A stretch of DNA of 63,096 nucleotides, filler included, from Trichomonas gallinae (lineage: Eukaryota), in the NCBI GenBank assembly GCA_008369845.1. It is 4 parts of 4 records of this genome, joined end to end, with 100 filler letters (N's around TTAATTAATTAA, not from the genome) between each part and the next. Parts side by side here need not be neighbours in the genome. Positions count along the whole stretch, not along the records: positions 48,802 to 60,298 come from MRSU01000129.1; positions 60,399 to 63,096 come from MRSU01000143.1; 2 more parts are not named here. One strand, given 5' to 3'. The notes under the pieces were generated by a model. The model was not told the origin of the DNA. It saw nothing but the letters and a program-made list of their open reading frames with translations, and ran no database searches. Each line of letters begins with the position of its first letter. Within the stretch, counting starts at the first letter, position 1. Shown here piece by piece: positions 54,457 to 63,096 of this stretch. The position numbers and the translations under genes are program-made.

Positions 54457-55266
54457 ATGGAAAATAATAGGCAATCTTCATTGTTCCTGTTAGCTGTGAA
54501 ACGCCTTATGGATGGAGGTGCTCTATATGGAAATAGTTATTCCTCATACCACGCCGAAAGCACTGTTGAATCGATGATTGTTGACATGGAAGATATGTCT
54601 GATTATATCACTCAAGTTGTTAACGAAATCAATGAAAAAGGACCAGTGACAGGCTCATACAGAGCTCAGATGATTGATTTATTAAATATTCAGAAAGATG
54701 TTGTCGATGAAGTTGGTGTTGTTATGGATGAGTTTTCAAAAATGAACTTTGATACTTTTTATGATAACAATCAGGGCAAATTCCTACTATATTCCGTACT
54801 CATTCATCCAATGAACAGATTCACACAGTGCAAATGTGAGATAATAGATATTGGATTCAACATCGTATTAGGTGATGTTATTGTTATTCTCACAAAAGTT
54901 AAGAAATCATGGGTCAGCAGTGCCAAGACTGTTGAAATTGTTAGAATACCACCAGCAATAAATGTGAATGATGTCATCAACTCAATGATGATTGCGGTCA
55001 GTACATTATTCTCACAAAATGTTGCCGGTCAAATAGGCAGTGATAGCCTCAAGAAGATCGAGGAAGCTGCCAGAGAAATGCCAAATTCTCAGCCAAATGA
55101 TAATCATAGAAGAAAAGTTTACGATCCAATCAGGAAGATGAATCTCATTGTTACAGACCCAACAATTCTTAAATTATTGCCAACAAAGTGGGAGTGTTTC
55201 GCTACAAATGATATTAGAAAGGGTCTGAAGCGCATTAAAGCTCCATCATATCTTTTTGAAAATTAA
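54457..55266 (+). CDS. Hypothetical protein
   Basis: 269-aa ORF with coding-like composition and no recognised motif. Confidence 0.7.
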   Translation: MENNRQSSLFLLAVKRLMDGGALYGNSYSSYHAESTVESMIVDMEDMSDYITQVVNEINEKGPVTGSYRAQMIDLLNIQKDVVDEVGVVMDEFSKMNFDTFYDNNQGKFLLYSVLIHPMNRFTQCKCEIIDIGFNIVLGDVIVILTKVKKSWVSSAKTVEIVRIPPAINVNDVINSMMIAVSTLFSQNVAGQIGSDSLKKIEEAAREMPNSQPNDNHRRKVYDPIRKMNLIVTDPTILKLLPTKWECFATNDIRKGLKRIKAPSYLFEN

Positions 55267-56558
55267 ATGATAAAATCATATTTTTATCTCCGAACACATA
55301 AGCAAATTTTGTTTTTTGTGGTATAATAGTAAACACTTGCACATATATATGCAAACTATAGTGTTAATTAAGCTTTCGTTGCAAAAACGATTATCGAAAT
55401 CATGACAGTAACATTAATACCTAATTTAAATCATATAATTAGACATTAATATCTGTATATATTTCAATTTTACAATGAGTATCCTTTAATATGTTCCGAA
55501 TAAAGGACAATTTGATTGTCTTTTGATAACAAACAATGATTAATCATTGGTAACAAATCAAACAGGTATTTTATCATCAAAATAGTGTGTGACCATAAAT
55601 ATAACGTAACGTAAATAAATTCTATATTCTCAAAAAATTATATCATTTTGTTATAAGGTGTTTGGCTAAGTTGAGACAATTAAAACTATAGAAGAAGTAT
55701 TTTACGTCAATGTTTTTCTTCAAAAATCAATTTTTGAATGAAAAAGTTGGAATTTTACTGGCTTCAATAGAAATTTATGACAGGGGCTTTCAAATCATTA
55801 CAGGTTCCAACAAAAGTTTGGTTTCGAATTATTTTATCATCCTTAGTTGATCCTCGAATCTAAACATAATTTTCTTAATATTAATAATGAAATTCATATG
55901 TTCTAATTGAAAATAGACAATGAATCATCATTTTTGATAACACATTTCGCGAAAAATATTTTATCCTGAAATAAGTTGCTCATGTATGTGGATGGATTAA
56001 CTTCATTTGAATTTAGCGAATATAATACGATTGTTCGGCAATAAATAAAAACAGGCGTTTTTTTTTTTTCAAAAAAAAAATTATTCAAAAACTAAAATCA
56101 ATAAAATTTAGTTTCCTCATAAGATCCTCCATATTTTTCGAATAAAAATATTCATGACATATTTTTTAAATGATTTCAGGATTATTATAGGAAGGAAATA
56201 ACAAGTACTAAAACAGATGGTAAAGAAAATATTGAAAATGCAAAGAAATAAAATTGAAGGATGTATTTGAATTTTTGAAAAGAAATTTTGAAATGCATTA
56301 ACCAAATTTTTTATATTTTTCCTGCTATGTTCGCTTGAATGAATAAATATGTGCTAAAAATATTTATTAAACGTTCAAATACTCAAATAATTTGATAAAG
56401 AACTCAGAATTTGGAGAGATTTAGAGGATTATAAACATCTTAAATGTCTATAGTAGATCAAAAATACGCAAAAACTTGGGACTAAAATTCTTTGAGATTG
56501 AATGATGTTATAAAAATGTGATCAGAAAATAATATACACAAAGTTCACAATTTCTATA

Positions 56559-56981
56559 ATGGACTGCGAGATTACCGACAAGCTGAAGCGCGACATTTTA
56601 AATGCTCGCTACGTGAATAAACACTACAGAACCACGGCCAAATCGATAAAAGACTATGAAAGGTTGAGAATTAGAATTGGAAAAATTGGAGTCAAAATGG
56701 ATATTGTAACAGCATATCTCGAAAACATGTTTGGCCAGCATGCAACTGCTATGATACTTCTCCATCAAGCTGCCATAATAGAAAAAAATCTATCGATTGA
56801 AATTGATAGATTGGCAAAGCGAAACAGACAGGCCTTGCTCTGCTGGTTTGCCGAGAACTGGGATCAGATTCTACCATTTTTAAATGGTAATAAAGAAAAT
56901 AGGAGACAAAAAATAATTAATTATAATAAATCTCACGAAATAGATGTTTCTGACTTCAGACAATTGCTTAATTACCACTAA
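56559..56981 (+). CDS. Small basic protein of the 'LLNYH' family, paralog 1
   Basis: IDRLAKRNRQALLCWFAENW and C-terminal IDVSDFRQLLNYH. Aligns end-to-end with 58504-58959. Confidence 0.85.
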   Translation: MDCEITDKLKRDILNARYVNKHYRTTAKSIKDYERLRIRIGKIGVKMDIVTAYLENMFGQHATAMILLHQAAIIEKNLSIEIDRLAKRNRQALLCWFAENWDQILPFLNGNKENRRQKIINYNKSHEIDVSDFRQLLNYH

Positions 56982-58503
56982 TAAAATTAATTCATCTTGT
57001 TTCTTCGAATAAAAAAATTTTTTTTTTTGATATCGCTTTCATTCTTTCAAATTTTTCTGAGCTTCTCAAAAAATAATCAATTGACTTATGCAGCAGGCGT
57101 GAAAAACAGTTTAGCCTCAACTGATCTATCGGCTTTTTTCTTTATAACAGGCACTAAACGACTACAGAACACGTTTTATTTTCGTAAAATTAGAAATTAG
57201 TTTTATATCTTGGAAGATCACTTGGAGTAAAGACTGTTGCGAATTATTTTGATTGAAAAATCTTCATATTTTCAAATTCAATTAATAATTCGTGAAAATC
57301 AATTAATGACTAAAATTACGAACAATCTAATGAGGAAACAGTATGCTTTATCATGTTATTCTCAAATCTTACATAAAAATCTAAAAATAGAAAAAATTAA
57401 AATTATCAATAATAATTTTTTTGCGATCATATATTAATCACTAGAATTTTTTATTATGATTCTTAAGATAATAGTGGAAGTACCATCAGAATTCATTTAT
57501 ACTCGAAAAATGATCTGAATTTGTTTCGGATTTCGTGTTTCCTGTATCCTTTTACTGATAAACAACTTAATTTTATCATAAAATAAAATAATACGCCTGA
57601 AGGGATAATCAGTGGCGTATAAAATCAACGAATTTGAATTCAAATCTAAAACCGTCGAATTTTGAGAAATGATTCAAAAAAACATTGTACAATAAACCAG
57701 ATATTTATACTAAATATATCCGTAATGTACATTTCCATGCCTTACTGTTCTAATTCAATTTTTTTCTTCTTAATTTTATTTGTCTGAGGAACTTTATTTT
57801 TATTGTCCTATATACGATTCTGAGCAACATTTTTTTGCTCAAGATTTGAAAAAGCAGAATTTTCAATATCTTAATTGAACATCGTTGCGAGAAGACCTAT
57901 AAACTTGGGAACAAATGTTAGCTATTAATAACAATATGGAGAACATTGGTCATTAGCCTAAACTATATATAGAACTTCCATTATTGATTTAATTTAATTA
58001 TTAAAGTATTGTAATGAATTTGATTAAAATTAGTTGATGGAAATATATCTAGTAGTATTACCTTGCTTGATGCTTAAATCCAATTATCGCTGGAATCAAA
58101 ATATGTTTTTGAAAATTTCCTTTCTCAAAAACATATTTTCTAAGCATATCCTGATATTATCCTACATCATAACAATAAGAATAGCATGATCAAATCAATA
58201 AAAACGTTTTAACCGTAACTATTTGAGAAGTTTCAAATAATATTTTCTTGAAAAACATAATAAAATTGTTTTCACGGATATACACACCATAATCTATATG
58301 AATATATGGGATATATCAACACTAAGTGACAAAAACCGTAATTTTTTATTACTCAATTTTTGAAATATAGGTCTAAAGTTTTTATTGCGTTTTTCGTGCC
58401 TTCCATGTGGTGCTTAGCAAGATATGGGTGCAATTTTTCCAGTGAAAATCATGCATAGAATAATAAATGCTCTCAATTATGTTAGGGTCATCTCAATTTA
58501 TTT

Positions 58504-58959
58504 ATGATAAGGCAAATGGACGTAATTAGTCCTGAGCGACGTAACGACATCATTAAGGCGAGGTCCATGAACAAGCATAGACGCACTACGTCGCAGAGCA
58601 TCCGCGATTACGAGCAATTGCAATTACGAATTTCAAAACTTGGAATAAAAATGGACTATGTGTCGGCGTATCTGGACTATATATACGGGACACATGTGAC
58701 TGTTTTCATGCTTTTGCCTTGGGCCGAAGAAATGGAAAGGAAATTAAATGTAGAAGTTGATCGGCTAGCAAGGAGGAGTAAGCAAGCATTGATCTGTTGG
58801 TACGCCGAGAACTGGGAACTATTGTATCCGTACATAAGCTTGGACTCACAAAAATGTGGATCGAAACTTGGATTCGAGAAATTTATCCAGAAAAAGGACT
58901 ATAAGAAGGTGATGGACATAGATATATCTGATATCCAACAGCTGCTTAATTATCATTAG
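58504..58959 (+). CDS. Small basic protein of the 'LLNYH' family, paralog 2
   Basis: VDRLARRSKQALICWYAENW and C-terminal IDISDIQQLLNYH. The start may be ATG 58516. Confidence 0.85.
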   Translation: MIRQMDVISPERRNDIIKARSMNKHRRTTSQSIRDYEQLQLRISKLGIKMDYVSAYLDYIYGTHVTVFMLLPWAEEMERKLNVEVDRLARRSKQALICWYAENWELLYPYISLDSQKCGSKLGFEKFIQKKDYKKVMDIDISDIQQLLNYH

Positions 58960-60298
58960 CTCGCAAAAAAAGTTTGGAATGTGAATCTTCCGATTTTTTG
59001 CATATTTTGGTGTATATTAATGTAACCCGCTCGGACATATAATATTATGAAGTATCCGCTTTGTTTGTTTGGAACCTCGTAAAAATCCATGGAATTTATT
59101 CTCAATTTTTATTTAATTATTTTAAAATGCCATTGTGTATGATGAAAACTGCTTAATTATCTTGTTATGTTATAATTGATGAAATGATGGTACCACATTT
59201 CCACTTTATTTTTCATTTATATTTTTATAAATTTTTGATTTATGCTTTGGTAATACTTGATAAATTATGAGATTATGTTGCATATTATGAATGTATTATC
59301 CGTTTTGAAAGAAAACAATATTTTAACATTAATATCTTAAATCGACTTTTGATATCCCAATTATAGGATTTCCCGTAATAATCTTTCCATTATTGATGAA
59401 TGGATGATAATTGCGTAGTAATTCTTGCGAATTTCTTATATAATATTAATTTTATTTTTTAATTTTGATGATTTATCGATAGATTAGTGAACGAATACCT
59501 TGATATCTACTGTAATAACATAATTAGTTAGTAATGAGTGCTCATTTTTAGCATCATTCTTTGCTAAAGCAATCATTCAATTTTTGATGAGGAAAATATT
59601 TTTGAGATTAGATTTTCTGTTGAAAACTGTCAAGCGAGCATACAATAAGTCCAATGATATTTTACACATACTGATAAAATCATCTAAATTTGAGAATCAG
59701 ATTTTAATTTTTGTGTTGATTCATTCAATTGATAAATGCCTCAATTAAATGGTTTTCGGCCAATTATCACATCACAACAGCTGCTAGGAAGAACTCTGAA
59801 TGCATCAATATTTGAATTTAATCCTCTCAACAGTAATTATGAAAAATTTAACAAAAATAAGCATAACTATATAACTATTACCTTATGAAATTATTATATA
59901 TCTATCAAAGATTATAGACCACTCACGAGATTCGAAATTTTATGAGACTTTGCCATCGATATTTTGTCGAAAACGGCATTTTTAGAAAAATAATTGCATA
60001 AACTCGTAGAGATTATAATAAATATAACATATCTACTGCAAAATAATGAAAATTACCTTTTTCTGTCGATTTCTGTTATATTGAAATAATTATTTGTTCA
60101 CTCGAATAGATCTACTTCTATACAACATCAAAAGGCTAATAAGACCAAATTCCAAGATTTACTTTCAAAATTCATGATTTCAGAATTTTTTTGATAACAA
60201 CACAATAATTTAAATAGACAATGGACTTTAGTCCTATTGTCTCCGGTAGCCGGCTAACCCCCTCGAATTTCGGCAATCGGCCAAAATGGCTAAGGCCC

Positions 60299-60398
60299 NN
60301 NNNNNNNNNNNNNNNNNNNNNNNNNNNNNNNNNNNNNNNNNNTTAATTAATTAANNNNNNNNNNNNNNNNNNNNNNNNNNNNNNNNNNNNNNNNNNNN
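60299..60398. other. Artificial scaffold spacer
   Basis: N44-TTAATTAATTAA-N44. Confidence 0.97.
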
Positions 60399-60468
60399 CC
60401 CTAACTCAGTTGGTTAGAGTGTCAGACTGTTAATCTGGAAGTCGTGTGTTCGATCCACACGGGAGGAG
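60399..60468 (+). tRNA. tRNA-Asn(GUU), first ~4 nt lost in the gap
   Basis: D arm ACTC/GAGT, anticodon arm TCAGA-CTGTTAA-TCTGG and T arm GTGTG-TTCGATC-CACAC. A T6 terminator follows. Confidence 0.93.
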
Positions 60469-60608
60469 ATTTTTTCCTATTTTATTAATAGCTCTCTCTG
60501 AATTTACAATAAAAAAAAAATCTTTTTTTGATATATATTAGTATGCTCAATGCTTATTAGGTATTAGTAAATAATATTCAAACTTTAATAAAATACAAAC
60601 AATTCATA

Positions 60609-61493
60609 TTAGAGTTCGCGAACAGGTTGAGGCACTGATGATTCTTCATCATTTTCAAGTGCATTTTCATTTTCATTACTATGTTTCTTCCCACAATTCT
60701 TACACTTAAAGAAAACAATGATAGCAATAAGTATGCATTGTTGTAAGGCGCCCATAAGTGTGGGGAACCAGGTTGACCAGTTTTCTCCTGTTCCAAATAT
60801 CATGAAAGCAGAGTTAGTAAGTCCACCAGGAGCTTGTATACAAAGAAGTATTAGACTTAAGGATCCTGGACCTTGAACTCTGCAAGTAGTGATCATTTGT
60901 GGGATATATTGGATAACAGTAATGACACCTCCCATTGTGCCAAGTACTGAGCCATAGTAGAAGACAGGTGAAGATGCAAACCCAAGAGGTCCGGCTAAAC
61001 AATAGAATATTACAATAGTTAAGATTGACAATGTATGGAGAAGCACCATAAATACAACATTAATGATACGTTGTCTCCTTACAGAGGCTTCTTCTCGTCC
61101 AATTCGAATTTCTTTGTCGAAAAATATTAAATTTAAGAATGTATTTCCTAAATAAATGTACCAAAGAGCAAAGATATTAAGATATGATACTAAACGTGGG
61201 AACCATTGCCCAAATCGAGCTGAAGAAATGCCAGCAAAGTCAGCAGCATGTAGGCAAATATAATTTAATGTTTGCACCCACTGGCTAAAGTTAATCATAA
61301 ATACCGCTATCGAGTCTATACCATAGTTCGACCTCAATTTGACATAGTTATACAATTGTGGTATAACTGATATTATGGTGCCTGCGAAAATGCATAGACC
61401 TACTGCTAGCCAGAGAGGACTTACTTCTTTGTAACATTTTGAATAGTCAATAAAACCTGCCCAAGAGTAATCGTATCCTCGAAATGTATCCAT
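60609..61493 (-). CDS. PQ-loop repeat membrane transporter
   Basis: Two PQ loops (SVIPQLYNY..SNYGID; QYIPQMITT..GPGSLS) and about 7 TM segments. Confidence 0.9.
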   Translation of the reverse strand: MDTFRGYDYSWAGFIDYSKCYKEVSPLWLAVGLCIFAGTIISVIPQLYNYVKLRSNYGIDSIAVFMINFSQWVQTLNYICLHAADFAGISSARFGQWFPRLVSYLNIFALWYIYLGNTFLNLIFFDKEIRIGREEASVRRQRIINVVFMVLLHTLSILTIVIFYCLAGPLGFASSPVFYYGSVLGTMGGVITVIQYIPQMITTCRVQGPGSLSLILLCIQAPGGLTNSAFMIFGTGENWSTWFPTLMGALQQCILIAIIVFFKCKNCGKKHSNENENALENDEESSVPQPVREL

Positions 61494-62355
61494 TGTCCAA
61501 AAATATTAAAAAAAGTTTTTCTCAATCCTTTGAGAGTAAACACAATTTAATTTTTTATTCATGTGGAAAATATGCTTGTGTCTCGTTTTCAAATATTTTA
61601 AAGTTGAAATAAAATACCCTTAATATGGATTGCGATAAATTGCGATAAATCAGCATGTTTGATCCGAAAAATTAAATCTTTGCATAAAGTTTGAATGATA
61701 AATTATGAACACCTTGCAAAATGACGAAAAATTTTAAAAAAACAAGTTTGAACAATTTAATCAGGTGAAAGAGTGAAATCTCGAATGCTAATGAAAAAAT
61801 TCCGAAATAGAACTTTCCAATAAGAAGATGAACAATTCATCAATTTTGAAATTTTTTGCATCTTAGCTAATAATAATCTCTGGTCTTATTTGATCAAACT
61901 TTCACCTTTATATAGCAGCAAATATTGCTTCCTACTCTGGATAACGAATTAAATTTTTCAAAATCTAGTTTATTTGTACAAAATCGATGCTAAACATGTA
62001 CTGATGAAACATAATTTATGGTTTCATTTCACAAATGTCATGAAACATAAGATTCTTTACAGCAATATGATATGGAAACATTTTAACGTGTATGTTATCA
62101 ATGTATGGAAGTATCCACCATAATTATTCAATAAAACATTTGATATACTAACATATTGATTTTACTATAATCTTCACTAAATACAAGCATAATTATATAT
62201 TACATCATGACAATAGAAATCTCTTAGATCAAAATTCCAAGGATCATAGCTATATGTTACGATCTTATATGTAATTCAGGTACCGAATATCAAATTTTAA
62301 TTAATTTGAAATTTGGATATTTTGTGTAATTTGAGAATTTAAATTGTAAAACCGT

Positions 62356-63010
62356 CTAATTCCATAAAACTTCTTGAAGTGCTTTGGCTAATGGGAACTG
62401 TTTTGTGATATGGACTGCTTTCATGCCAAGTTGTTGAGCACATTCAATATTGGCCATTGTATCATCGAAGAGTATGCATTCCTTAGGATCTGCATTGGCA
62501 CGATTCACGTAAATTAATAAATTTCCAGGAATTTCTTTTGGACGAAACTGTCCTTCTTCAAGCGTATCCTCAATACTTATACATTTTAAAAGTGATTTAT
62601 CAAGATGTTTTCCGAATCTGTGGTAGATAATTTTATCGACATGATATCTGCAATTATTTGTGGCCAGAAAAACGCGATATTTCAATGCTGTTGCAGCAAG
62701 CAATATATATAACTGTAAATCTTGTTCTATTTTCGAGTAATCAATTTTGTCACACATTCTTTTACAGAATTCTAGATATTTATCCATATCCTTATCAACT
62801 ATTCTGTAAATCCAATTGAAAACACCGACGGCATTGGACTCTTTTGGTGGATCGCATGCAGCATCAACTTTTTCCTGGGAAATGTGCATTTCTGCGGCCG
62901 TTTTGTCGATCACATCGAAATAGACAGCAAGGGGGATGAAATCTGCATGGTGCACCGTAATATAAAATGTAAACATCACAATTTCTTTTCATGTTTTAGG
63001 GACCGTTCAT
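62356..63010 (-). pseudogene. HAD-superfamily hydrolase, apparently disrupted at the 5' end
   Basis: C-terminal PKECILFDDTMANIECAQQLGMKAV (motif IV) and ATNN (motif II). The motif I-like DVYILYYG lies in a different frame (ATG 62992), behind MNGP-stop. Confidence 0.65.
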
Positions 63011-63096
63011 TCCGTCTTTTGTAAACTTTACAACGGAAAAAATTTTGCATTTTTGCACCTATTTTGATCAAGATTTTGCAAAAAATTTGAAAAAAA

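Noticed and set aside
55903..57437. Short AT-rich ORFs (55903-56088, 56117-56305, 56997-57200, 57237-57437; also 46722-46958 and 29022-29225)
   Set aside because: They have low-complexity F/I/K/N composition typical of random intergenic frames.
1..63096. Spliceosomal introns, and Maverick or Mariner transposase genes
   Set aside because: I saw no trichomonad intron 3' motif (ACTAACACACAG) and no integrase, polymerase B or transposase ORF.

Overview
AT-rich eukaryotic genomic DNA with intronless genes. The gene families and core-promoter motifs (Inr TCA[C/T][T/A], CCTTT, AAAGTGAC, M3-like) point to a parabasalid, Trichomonas vaginalis or a close relative. The window is a scaffold of four contigs joined by three artificial 100-nt spacers (N44-TTAATTAATTAA-N44). 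It holds about 30 protein genes: housekeeping genes (RPS9, EB1, CK2-beta, CDC45, Arp2, CCDC22, Rab, endosulfine), expanded trichomonad families (CAMK-type kinases, Myb, Gly-rich, GGA-motif and 'LLNYH' proteins) and two bacterial-type genes (endonuclease I, an SDR epimerase). Several genes look frameshifted, and three look like catalytically dead enzymes (S1/P1 nuclease, GAF-PDE, glycogen debrancher). Non-coding features include two tRNAs at contig ends, an RNase MRP RNA gene, a possible ~150-nt structured RNA, an ORF-free ~0.9-kb hairpin cluster, a ~28-bp promoter repeat array, a ~165-bp diverged tandem repeat, a possible hAT-like transposon end and a recurrent upstream motif TGYCAYGTAAA. All calls come from reading the sequence by eye; no searches were run.
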